Positions 1 to 11,049 of a stretch of DNA of 64,000 bases are shown piece by piece. The position numbers and the translations under genes were made by a program. Within the stretch, counting starts at the first letter, position 1; every line of letters begins with the position of its first letter. The DNA is from Octopus vulgaris (Eukaryota): NCBI GenBank assembly GCA_951406725.2, contig OX597822.1, forward strand, positions 4,278,001 through 4,342,000. Direction: 5' to 3'. The notes beneath the pieces were generated by a model. That model ran no database searches. It saw only the letters and a list, made by a program, of their open reading frames with translations, and had not been told where the DNA came from.

Positions 1-640
1 TTAGAATGATAGGAACACAATTTGCTGCAAATAATTACCTCTCTTAGAACTAGTTACGATGTCACGCTCTTTCACTACGAATCATTATTCACGCACAAGC
101 AGAATCGAAAACAAAACAAAATCGAAAAGAGAGCGCATTAGGTGTATTGATAATATCTTACATGATGTCAACGAATTTACAGACAAGTATTAAGCTAAGA
201 AATTGCAAGTCCTGTCCTTCACAACTTCGCTTCCTACCTTCAATCCGCAATCCCAATTGATTAAGATGTGGCTGAAAGATCGTTTGTTTGGCTTTTCATT
301 CGTTTCTTTCTTTTAGTTTCTTCTTTCTTTTCCTTTATATACATTTTTTTCCCTGTTTGCTCTAGCACTCAGTTCAGAATAGGTTGAACCATGTTATAAA
401 CTGTTTCTAATAATGATATATCGATCGTTTGTCTGATATTGGAGTTTTAATTAAAGCCCCCATCGCAACTGTGGGTAGCGTTCTGGTTCATTTCCTGCGT
501 CTGACACGTTCCATATCTGATCTGATGGCGGCTGGGTGTTATAGCTTAGTCACCTTTGTATTTGTGTATCTTGAAGGACAAACAACCATCTTTGCCGTAT
601 GCATAAGCGCGATATTAAATATACCAGCTTTTGTAAACAA

Positions 641-1068
641 CCAAACAGTAATATATGCATGCATACTTATACATACATACGTACATACGTACATACATAT
701 AATACATATATAAATGAGTCCATATATATATATATATATACATACATACATAAATACGCACATACATACATAAGTGCATACGTGCATATATGAATATTAC
801 ATATATACATATATTCATACAAGAGTGCATATATACGCACACATACGAATATATTAAATATATATATACACATACATATACATATATATACGTATACATA
901 AATACATATTTATATATATATATATATATATATAATAATGCACGCACATACATATACACATAAATACATACATACATACATGCATGCATACATACATAAT
1001 ACATACATGCATGCATACATACATACATGCATGCATACATACATACATGCATACATACATACATACAT
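641..1068. repeat. compound (TACA)n/(TA)n/(TGCA)n microsatellite
   Basis: Directly visible repeats; source of the MYVC/HTYI pseudo-ORFs. Confidence 0.95.
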
Positions 1069-1184
1069 CGTATGGATTTCTTCATATAAATGAAATCGAT
1101 ACAATGTAAATAAAACACATCTTGGTTCCGTTGTGCAGTTTCTTAATTGATTCTTGATAATAAAAGTTGCTAGAAAGTGATGAG

Positions 1185-1590
1185 CTGTCAAAATCTTATC
1201 GCATTGAACAAAATGTTATGTAATATTTCTTCCGCTTTTACGTTCTGAGTTCAAATTCCACCGAGGTCGACTTTGCCTATTATACTTTCGGGTCGATGAA
1301 ATAAGTACCAATCGACTAGTCCCTTCATCCAAATTTCAGACCGTCTGATTTTAGTAGAAATGATTGATGTCTCTGCCGCAGTCGTCTGCGGCGGCAGCGG
1401 CTCGGTTGCAGCGGCTCGGCGGCGGCGCGGGCAAGATGGTTAACAGCATTTCGTCCATCTTCACATTCTGAGTTCATATTCCGCTGAGGTCCATTTTGCC
1501 TTTCATTCTTTCTGTTAAGAATTGGGGTCGATGTAATTGACTTAACCCTTTTTTCTAAAATTACTAGCCTTGTGCCAAAATTTGAAACCC
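1185..1590 (+). mobile_element. two degraded copies of tRNA-derived SINE family A
   Basis: Core ctgagttcaaattccaccgaggtcgactttgcc...cgggtcgatgaaataagtacc is shared with many copies in the window (e.g. 25767, 63669). Confidence 0.8.
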
Positions 1591-1989
1591 TTACTATCAT
1601 CATCATCATTTGTTGTTGTTATTATTATTATCATTATTATTATTATTATTATTATTTATCCTCATCGTCAACATCATACTCGCTCTTGACCGAGTAAGAC
1701 CTGTTTTCCTGTCCCGACTACTGCTGAAAGTTCGACCCTTTAGGAGATTTAGGGATTATTATTGAACAGTTCTGCTGTCGATCCAGTTTCTTACACCAAG
1801 AAACAGCATCCGAACTACCACTACCACGACAGTCAGTATCACTTCCAGCGATATATTGGATAACAATATAGTTAGACCATTGAATATATTAAGATTTGAG
1901 AAGGGGAATTAGAATGCGAGAGAACAAGGCTGTAATGCCAGTGTAGTCTTATCTCAAGGCGCTTAAAAAAACCCTAGAAGCATGAACTA

Positions 1990-2990
1990 TAATAGGAGTA
2001 AGACGCAAGCGTGTTAAAGGGCCAACATGATGCATAAGTGGGGAAGTACCTCAAAAAAGGTTTGAATGCAGAAGATCGTCAGCTGATCGAAGATTTGCGT
2101 CAGAGAGTGAGGTAATCAGTCACGCAATCAATCCCATGAAAAAGTAGGGGTTTACTCATCCTTTCTTTGATGAGCAGCTATGTAGTGAAGGCGAAAGTTG
2201 TGAATGTATCACCAGCGATAAACTCATGGCGACAGTTGGCGGCCGTCCTACGAAGCAGAGAGGCTGAAGGGAGCATCATCTAAATACGAAATAATCGATG
2301 ATTAGAGGTCATAGGGCAAACAAATGAAAAGAAAATGGAGAAAATCACAACTTTGGTCAACCTATAAAATGGCACTCATCCATTTGAATTGGTGGAGGCA
2401 AAAGGCCCAGATATCACTCATATGACGACAGCAACCACCTAAGGGTTTTTTGTCCAAAACAGCAAAAAGAAGAAAGAAAACGAGCACCCCTACTGTTCTT
2501 ACTACAACAATGAAAAGGATAGTGAAAAAGCAGCAATAGTAGCCACAACAACAGAAGCAGGGACAACTGTAGGCATAGCAACAATTGCTTTAGAAACAAC
2601 ACCAACAGCACCACTCCCAACAACAGAAACAAAACCTAACAGAACAGATCCTGGCTCCAAACACCTCTAAATTACCTCCGAGTTTTAGCGTATTCCCAAC
2701 AACACGCTATCGAACATATACACATGCGGCAAAACAAGCCACTCTCTTCCTCCATATGATTCGGGGAACTCATGATGTGATGGAGGTGGAAATACAAACA
2801 GAAATTAAAAGATTTACTGCAAGCAGTGAACCAGGAGAATTGACGAAGCGGAAGTTTTACCTTTGATGAACCAGTCAACCATATCATCACTACCGAATTC
2901 ACCGCTCCAACTACAACACATGAAGTTAAACTCGACACCTGCATCAACAATAGGAAAACACACTAACACAACAATTACAGAACAAAAAGT
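1990..2990 (+). pseudogene. decayed retroelement ORF1/gag-like relic with degenerate zinc knuckle
   Basis: 2391-2456 translates GGGKRPRYHSYDDSNHLRVFCP, which has CX2CX4HX4C spacing with both first Cys read as Tyr (TAT); followed by a low-complexity Q/T/N-rich stretch; boundaries approximate. Confidence 0.45.
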
Positions 2991-3142
2991 CAGGTTTGTT
3001 GCATAAATTGGCCACGTAGCTCCCTTTCTTTCAATTTGTTTATTCTGCTGTTTGACCTTTTCCCTTTGAATTTTCCTACTTATTTCGGTCATTTTTGGGG
3101 TATCTCTGGCTGCTGATAGTATTATTTGTTTACTCTGTACAA
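2990..3142 (-). mobile_element. Dong/R4-type RLE non-LTR fragment (downstream part, split by CR1)
   Basis: Minus strand reads VVQSKQIILSAAR...KERELRGQFMQQ (LHGQF-like), continuing the 4650-4890 fragment. Confidence 0.55.
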
Positions 3143-4648
3143 CGGGTTATCAAAGCGTTGGCTCCGGTCATCTGCGAGCCCTTAACACGACTATTCAATA
3201 TGTCATTGGCGACGGGTGTTATACCTGCAGACTGGAGAACAGTGATAATCTGCCCGATTTTCAAGAAAGGGAGCCGCGAAGACCCGCTTAACTACCGACC
3301 GGTTTCCCTTACATCAATAATCAGCAAGATGTTCGAAACCATCCTTAAGAAAAGTATGATGCTCCACCTCCTAAACACAGCCTCGATCACTGATTCCCAA
3401 CACGGCTTCGTGCCGAAGAGATCATGCTTGACCAACTTACTAGTAATGGAAGAATTGGTGACGCACATCCTCGATGATAGTGATGCTGTTGACATCGTTT
3501 TATTGGACTTTGCCAAAGCTTTTGACTCGGTAAACCACCGCCTACTACTTGTCAAGCTTCAAGCATATAGTTTCCATCCGGATATTGTACGATGGGTTGG
3601 TGCCTTCCTCTCAGATCGCTCCTTCCAAGTTCAAGTTAATGGTTCGCGGTCCGACGTCTCCAGTGCGAGCAGTGGCGTGCCTCAAGGTTCAGTGCTTGGG
3701 CCCTTGTTGTTCTTAGTCTTCATAAATGACTTGCCCGACGACCTCACGCAACACACCCTTCTATTTGCCGACGATATCAAACTGGTCGCTCCTCGCGGTA
3801 GTATAGAGGATCTTCGTCGATGCCTCCACCAAATTTGGAAGTGGTCTAACGATTGGGACCTGTGTCTGAACGTGTCAAAGTGCTGTCATCTGCCTGTCGG
3901 CTCTATTCCTGCAACTCAACTTGATTTCGAGCCGGGTCGTCTGCTGCTGGAGAGGACCGATCAGGTAAAGGACCTGGGTATCTTGGTGGATTCCTCCTTT
4001 TCGCCTTCGGCCCAGTGCGTCCATGCTGCCAACAAAGCGCGCGGAATTCTGTTTTTGATTCGACGGTCATTCGGAATGCTCACAGCAGCCATATTCCTGC
4101 CACTCTATATCACGCTGGTGAGACCCATATTGGAGTATGGGATTCAAGCCTCTTCTCCTTATCTCCTCAAAGACATACAGCACCTCGAAAGAGTCCAGAG
4201 GCTGGCTACCCGCATGGTTCATGGTCTCAAAAATGTGTCCTACGAAGAAAGGCTGAGGACGCTCGACCTTTGTTCTCTTGAAAAACGCCGCCGCCGTGGT
4301 GATCTCATTCTCGCCCACAACATCATAAGCGGGAAGTGTAACCTCTCGAAAGAGCTGTTCTTCACTCCTGCTCCGGAGCGTCGGCTGCGGGGTCATTCCG
4401 AAAAGCTCTACCTGCGACGATTTCATCTCAATCGAAGGAGAGGAGCTTTCTCCGTCCGGGTTGCGGATCCGTGGAACAAGCTGCCAGACGAGATGGTGAA
4501 GATGCCGACGACCGCTTTGTTCAAAGCCTCCCTGGACCTCAAGTGGCCTGAACTCTTTACATGAACACCACCCTGTACTTAACTCCATGTCCCCCTACAT
4601 GGCCTTGCTATTTGCTTTTGAGCCAAATTAACTAACTAACAAACTAAC
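3143..4648 (+). mobile_element. CR1-clade LINE, 5'-truncated, open RT frame to stop at 4564, 3' UTR with (CTAA)n tail
   Basis: PIFKKG..NYRPVSLTS, QHGF, DFAKAFDSV, SGVPQGSVLGP, FADDIKL, LERVQR, WNKLP; no stop codons from about 3143 to 4564; tail aattaactaactaacaaactaac. Confidence 0.95.
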
Positions 4649-4649
4649 A

Positions 4650-4890
4650 GAACTAGTATCGCAGTATCAACAGTGTTTTCTACGTTTAGTAATATTCTGC
4701 CACCTTTCTTTCTTGGTAAGCAAAGTCAGTTGTGTATTGTAAGAAGCTTTCTAGTGTTTCTATCCAAACTCCGTCGCTTGACCTTTGTCTATTTCAGAGT
4801 ATCTTTATACGGGCACAGCCCATGTATCCGTGGCATTAATGATATTTCCTCCATTTAATTTTGTTTCGTACATCTTCCTAATTCTACTTT
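4650..4890 (-). mobile_element. Dong/R4-type RLE non-LTR fragment (RT thumb region)
   Basis: Minus strand reads KLNGGNIINATDTWAVPV*RYS...LDRNTRKLLTIH...RKKGGRILLNVEN. Confidence 0.7.
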
Positions 4891-4910
4891 TTAGTGCCTA
4901 TAGCAGAAAG

Positions 4911-4911
4911 G

Positions 4912-4991
<80 letters not shown>

Positions 4992-5074
4992 CATTATTAT
5001 TATTATTATCATTATTATTATCATTATTATCATTATTATTATCATCATTATTATTATTATTATTATCATTATTA

Positions 5075-5124
<50 letters not shown>

Positions 5125-5230
5125 GTTATTATCATTATTATTATCATTATTATTATCATTATTATTATCATTATTATCATTATTATTATCATTATTATTA
5201 TCATTATTATTATCATTATTATCATTATTA

Positions 5231-5280
<50 letters not shown>

Positions 5281-5389
5281 GTTATTATCATTATTATTAT
5301 TATTATCATTATTATTATTATTATCATTATTATTATCATTATTATCATTATTATTATCATTATTATTATCATTATTATTATCATTATTA

Positions 5390-5445
<56 letters not shown>

Positions 5446-5456
5446 GTTATTATCAT
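4911..5456. repeat. (TAT/CAT)n microsatellite, about 550 bp
   Basis: Directly visible. Confidence 0.97.
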
Positions 5457-5665
5457 TCAGTAGTTTTATTTTTTTATAGCGTGCTTTCACTTCACTACCG
5501 AGTGCAGCTCTGTGTGCCTTAGGTATGTGCTGTGATTTGTTGTGATGCTCTGATGGTTACTGTATTGAAAGTGTTCTGCGTAGGATGTGTGCAGTTCCTA
5601 GTAGTGCAATTTTCTGTATGTTATATGTGTTTGTAAGTCCTGGTGTTTTTGTTATATATTTGTCT
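5457..5665 (-). mobile_element. Dong/R4-type element 3' end
   Basis: Minus strand reads DKYITKTPGLTNTYNIQKIALLGTAHILRRTLSIQ*, then a 3' UTR running into (AAT)n. Confidence 0.8.
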
Positions 5666-5698
5666 CAATATTTTTATTAATAATAATGATAATGATAA

Positions 5699-5734
<36 letters not shown>

Positions 5735-5736
<2 letters not shown>

Positions 5737-6247
5737 GTATAAAAGATGGGCTACATGGTATAAAAGATGGGCTACATGGTATAAAAGATGGGCTACAGCA
5801 AATATTCTGCTCAATACCACAGATTTGCTTGTCAGTTGTTTGACCTTAACCAGTTGAGCATGTCCCTTAGTGGCTGACGATATGTGCATCTCTGATCACG
5901 AGCAGAAGTAGTGGTGGAGCATCATAGCCATGTGTTGAGAGGGATTCTTTGGGGTATGAATAATTCACCTTTGGAAACATGGGTGGTTCTTTCAACATCC
6001 TTAAACAACCCTTATTCAGGGACCTTTTGAGCGGGATGGGCTACTCAACCTGAAGAAAATTCTAACTGGGCCCCACCTGCAAGGTCATGTGCTGTTTATC
6101 TTGATATGAGATCACCATGTCGCGCACATATGGTTGTGATGCATGTGCCTGGTGTACCTTTATCAGACGGGTAGTCATGATGGGTATATTGGGCTTCGTA
6201 TATTTTACCCCAGTGTCACTTTGATGGCATGAACTGCTCTCTCACTC
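5735..6247 (+). mobile_element. (AAT)n-flanked non-coding interspersed element, copy 1 (truncated)
   Basis: Homologous to 6379-6939 and 26518-27056; (AAT)n on both sides; strand assignment inferred. Confidence 0.85.
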
Positions 6248-6308
<61 letters not shown>

Positions 6309-6335
6309 TTGTTATTATTATTATTATTATTATTA

Positions 6336-6371
<36 letters not shown>

Positions 6372-6378
6372 CATTATT

Positions 6379-6938
6379 GAGTGAGTGAGCAGTGCACGCT
6401 ATCAAAGTGACAGTGGGATAAAATATACCAAGCCCAGTATACCCATCATGACTACCGGTCTGGTAAGGGTACACAAGGGACATGGCGCATACATCACAAC
6501 CATATGTGCGCGACATGGTGATCTCATATCAAGATAAACAGCATATGACCTTGCAGGTGGAGCCCAGTTGGAATTTTCTTCACGCTGAGTTGCCCATCCC
6601 GCTCAAAAGCTCCCTAAGTAAGGATTGTTTCAGGATGTTGAACGAACCACCCATGTTTCCAAACTGAATTATCCAAACCTCCTAGAATCCCTCTCAACAC
6701 ACGGCTATGATGCTCCCCCATTACTGCTGCTCGTGATCAGAGATGCACATATCGTCAGCCACTGAGGGACATGCTCAACTGGTTATGGTCAAACAACTGA
6801 CAAGCAAATCTGTGGTATTGAGCAGAATATTTGCTGTAGCCCGTTTTTTTATACCAAGACAAAACAATGTACATGATAACACTTCCAATCAGTTAAGATC
6901 AGAAGCCATGAGAGCCACTGTCTGGTACTGCATCAGGG

Positions 6939-6939
<1 letters not shown>
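6379..6939 (-). mobile_element. (AAT)n-flanked non-coding element, copy 2 (about 560 bp)
   Basis: Reverse complement of copy 1, extending to catcagggc; (TTA)n flanks. Confidence 0.85.
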
Positions 6940-6975
<36 letters not shown>

Positions 6976-6977
<2 letters not shown>

Positions 6978-7600
6978 AGGAGGTCGGCGAGGCAATCTTC
7001 ACTATGGATTCAGCTGATAGCCGGATCCGTCCTATACGCGACAGTAGCTGTTCGACATAAACCCATAGTTCAGCAATACTCGGACACTGAACGAGGGCGT
7101 GCAGAACGGTTTCGCCGTCCTGGCAACACCTCGGGCAGGTCCGGTTGACGGCACTTCCGTGCCGGTAGAGTTTATCTCGAACAGGCAGAGTCCCTCGGTA
7201 GCACTGCCAGGCGAGCGACCTCTGGAAATTATCCATTGGTCCCGGCCCGAAAATCCTTCCGAACAGACTGCTCAGCTCGTTATCGTCAACGCCTAGAGTT
7301 TCCCCGAGTACGTCGTCGCACCTTTCTTCCACTAACCCTCTATAGAACGTTAGAGTGGAACTACTACCGATCGCATTGCCCGCCCAGCGGAGGGCGGGGA
7401 GAGCTTGACGGCACTCGAGGTGCCAAGCGCCCTTTCTCGGTCTGCGTTTGATCCAGGTCTGCAACTCTTCGTTGTTAAACTGCTTTTTTTACTCGTTTTT
7501 TTTTTCACAAACGGACAAAACCCTTTGTAACCTTTCGTCCCGTTTTGTCCCTTTTTGTTATAATTAATTTCCGTCATCCCTTGTGGCCAATAAAAGAATT
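6976..7600. mobile_element. L1/Tx1-clade LINE fragment: zf-RVT region on minus, putative 3' UTR on plus
   Basis: Minus strand SLAWQCYRGTLPVRDKL...CPRC...ETVLHALVQCP; plus 7490-7600 is T-rich and ends cccttgtggccaataaaagaatt(att)n. Confidence 0.8.
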
Positions 7601-7624
7601 AATTATTATTATTATTAATTATTA

Positions 7625-7697
<73 letters not shown>

Positions 7698-8018
7698 CCC
7701 GCCGAGGTCGACTTTACCTTTCATTCTTTCGGTGGCGATAAAATAAGTACCAGTTGAACACTGGGGTCGATGTAATAGACTTACCCATTTCCTGAAATTG
7801 CTGGCCTCGTGCCAGAATTTGAATCGTTAGAGCGTCGGGAATATGCCTTACTGCATTTGTTCCTATTATTTACGTTCTGTGTTCAAATCCCACCGAAGTC
7901 AACTTTGTCTTTCAACTTTTCGGAGCCGATAAAATAATGTAAGTCAAGTACTGGAGTCGATGGTTTCGACAACCACCTCCCCTCAAAATTATTGGCCTTG
8001 CGCTTAAAACAAAAGACC
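7698..8018 (+). mobile_element. two tandem SINE A copies
   Basis: Repeated core ccgaggtcgactttacctttcattctttcgg..gataaaataagtaccag. Confidence 0.8.
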
Positions 8019-8085
8019 AGTAGTGGTGGTGGTGGTGGTGGTGGTGGTGGTGGTGGTGGTGGTGGTGATGTTGGTTTTATTAGTA

Positions 8086-8140
<55 letters not shown>

Positions 8141-8182
8141 CAGTAATAGTAGTAGTAGTAGTAGCAGTCATCATCATCATCA

Positions 8183-8305
8183 TTGTTCGACCGTGGTCGA
8201 GACAATGGAATTTACTATGTTACGCCAGACTTCACGGTCCATCATAGCATTACGGTGGTCCTGTTGCTGGATGCCTGTATCCCTGGAGATTACATCAGGG
8301 TAGGA
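8183..8305 (-). mobile_element. RTE-clade LINE 3' end within an (AGT)n tract
   Basis: LSYPDVISRDTG...AMMDREVWRNIV...EQ* followed by a (TGA)n tail. Confidence 0.75.
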
Positions 8306-8399
8306 GAGGTAGTAGCAGTAGTAGCAGTAGTAGTAGTAGAAGTAGTAGTAGTAGTAGAAGTAGTAGATTTTGTTGTTCTTGTTCTTGTTATTATTGCTC

Positions 8400-8585
8400 C
8401 TGTTTGTTGCTACTGTTGTTTTCACTGCCCACCCGAGCGATGGTCTGTGTATCTTAGGGACTTACGGGATTTTTCTTTCCTTTTTTGCCTTTTGTAATGT
8501 ATTGGATGCATTCAAATTAGGATGTGTGCAGTGCCTGGTTGTTCTACTCTGGCTGAGTCCTGCAGTTTAGGTTATATATTTGTCT
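8400..8585 (-). mobile_element. degraded Dong/R4-type 3' end
   Basis: DKYIT*TAGL...GTAHIL, homologous to 5457-5665. Confidence 0.55.
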
Positions 8586-8589
8586 TATT

Positions 8590-8713
8590 TGAAAGGAACC
8601 GTTTTCTTTGAAAGGGAGCTGGTATCTATGAAGGAGAAAATGATATCTACGAAGGGAGCTGGCATCTAAGAAAGCGAACGGTTATCTGTCGAAATAAACT
8701 TGTATCTATGAAA
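8590..8713. repeat. degenerate ~20-bp minisatellite, about 6 units
   Basis: Units resemble gaaagggagctggtatctat. Confidence 0.6.
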
Positions 8714-8902
8714 TTAAAATTACATGTAACACCACGGAAACATATGCTAACTGAGAAAAGCAAATCCCAGTTAAATAGTCTGAGGCACCGAAAACTATTA
8801 AATACTGATGATTGTGCTTGAGATATGAGCAACAAACTAGTGAAACAATTATTAATAAACAGTACATATACAGTATATATACATTTTGTATCTCTGCCGT
8901 AA

Positions 8903-9290
8903 TGCTTCATTTCCACACACGCCAGCTGAATTCAATTCGTCCCCAGTCGAAAGACACCTTTTGTTATAATTATTATTATTTTTATTGTATTTTGTATTTA
9001 TATTCGTGTAACATCGTCTGTTTTTCCGTCCTTGTTTTCGGATACATTCGATGATTTCTTCCAAGGAATCTAATGCTCTTAGCTTAGTTTTTCCTTGGGA
9101 CTGACCAGATTGGAGTAATCTCAAGATTAATCAGCCGAAATTGCGAGGATCATCCAGTTCTTGACTGAGGATAAAAAGCTTCGAATGACCCGTCCTTGTT
9201 TTTTTTGTATCGTCTATCTGGATGTTTTGTTGTCCCTTTTTGTATCGTCTAGTTGTCCAGATGTTCTTGTCCCATTTTGTATTTTATATA
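8903..9290 (+). mobile_element. (TA)n-associated interspersed repeat (family X; possible PLE terminal repeat)
   Basis: Homologous to 51160-51440 and 51830-52195 (ccaaggaatctaatgctcttagcttag...cagccgaaattgc). Confidence 0.75.
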
Positions 9291-9425
9291 TATATATACA
9301 TATATATATCCTTTAGGTTCGTTTACGGGAAACGTTTTGAATATGCATATTCTATTACACCGGCTACAGCCTGAAGGTACCAAATGGCAATACCAGTTTT
9401 AGGGAGTTGCACCGAACTGTGCCAG

Positions 9426-9494
<69 letters not shown>

Positions 9495-10026
9495 CCATAG
9501 ATATAATCTATAAATATTTCAATGCATCACTACGCGCGTTTCCACAAATCTCATGTTTCTAAAGACCGTAGTCCATATTCCTGGGATGATTACAGTACAG
9601 CCCGTATTATCCATAGACATGCTCATGAATACGTCCACACAGTTTCTGTCTACCAAAACAGAATATTCATGTTATTACACGGATAATCCAGATAATCCAA
9701 TGTTTGCAAGCGTATCGGTGATAGAGCATGAATAAATAGAACATGACAAAGGAACAAATTGTGGAATAATATCAGTAAATCATACCACAGTTTGATCTTT
9801 TGTCATGTAATAATTATACACACACACACTCACACATACATACATACATACATACATACATACACATACGCAGGATACGACGAAGGAAAATGCTCAGGGA
9901 CATCTGCTGCATTAAAAAACATGTAGTGAAGTGGACACTGCATAAATTATGTAATGATTTTATATGTAGGCGTGTACAGTTATGTATGCCCACGCACACA
10001 GACATACACACACAGACACACTCACA

Positions 10027-10071
<45 letters not shown>

Positions 10072-10204
10072 ACACGCACACACACCACACTTGGACTACA
10101 AGTTACACAAACCAAATACCTTCAGACAAAACATTTGTGGTATTATATTGAAATCAATGTTTGCGCTGAGTAAACCAGACTTTCACTGCGGTGCTGGTTG
10201 TGGT

Positions 10205-10951
10205 GAAGAAGAAGGAGAAGGAGAAGAAGAAGAAGAAGAAGAAGAAGAAGAAGAAGAAGAAGAAGGAGGAGGAGGAGGAGGAGGAGGAGGAGGAGGAGAA
10301 GAAAAAGAAGAAGAAGAAGAAGAAGGAGAAAAGAAGAAGGAGGAGGAGAAGAAGAAGAAGAAGAAGAAGAAGAAGAAGAAGGAGAAGAAGAAGGAGGAGG
10401 AGGAGGTGGAGGAGGAGAAGAAGAAGAAGAAGAAGAAGGAGGAGGAGGAGGAGGAGGAGAAAACGAAGAAGAAGAAGAAGAAGAAGAAGATGAAGAAGGA
10501 GGAGGAGGAGGTGGAGGAGGAGAAGAAGAAGAAGAAGAAGAAGGAGGAGGAGGAGGAGGAGGAGAAAACGAAGAAGAAGAAGAAGAAGAAGAAGATGAAG
10601 AAGGAGGAGGAGGAGAAGAAGAAGATAGAAGAAGAAGAAGTAGAAGAAGAAGAAGGAGAAGAAGAAGAAGAAGAAGAAGAAGAAGAAGAAGGAGGAGAAG
10701 GAGGAGGAGGAGGAGGAGAAGGAGAAGAAGGAGGAGGAGGAGGAGGAGAAGAAGAAGATAGAAGAAGAAGAAGTAGAAGAAGAAGAAGGAGAAGAAGAAG
10801 AAGAAGAAGAAGAAGAAGAAGGAGGAGAAGGAGGAGGAGGAGGAGGAGAAGGAGAAGAAGGAGGAGGAGGAGGAGGAGGAGAAGAAGGAGAAGAAGAAGA
10901 AGAAGAAGAAGAAGAAGAAGAACAACAACAACAACAACAACAACAACAATA
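10205..10951. repeat. (GAA)n/(GGA)n polypurine tract ending in (CAA)n
   Basis: Directly visible, with internal higher-order duplications. Confidence 0.95.
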
Positions 10952-11049
10952 ACAAGATGGTCGATGTGGTGATGGTGGATGACGAGGAGGGGGAAGTGGA
11001 GAGGAAGATGTTGGTGGGGCAGGTGGGGGAGATTGATTGTCGATGTGTA

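Noticed and set aside
2977-2983. acagaac as TSD of the CR1 element (second copy near 4647)
   Set aside because: 2990-3142 is the continuation of the Dong fossil, so the CR1 5' junction is near 3143
3095-3142. Signal-peptide-like N-terminus of the 489-aa ORF
   Set aside because: Non-ATG start; read-through from the antisense Dong fragment upstream of the truncation point
4785-5522. Long poly-Y/I/N/L ORFs, and all MYVC/HTYI/YI-type ORFs in the window
   Set aside because: Translations of stop-free microsatellites
5735-5797. Short direct repeats as a CRISPR array (also 33841, 8590, 42405)
   Set aside because: No unique spacers, no cas genes, eukaryotic context
9160-9200. Hammerhead in family X (ctgagga...cgaatgacccgtc)
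   Set aside because: GAAT instead of GAAA in all three copies and no stem I
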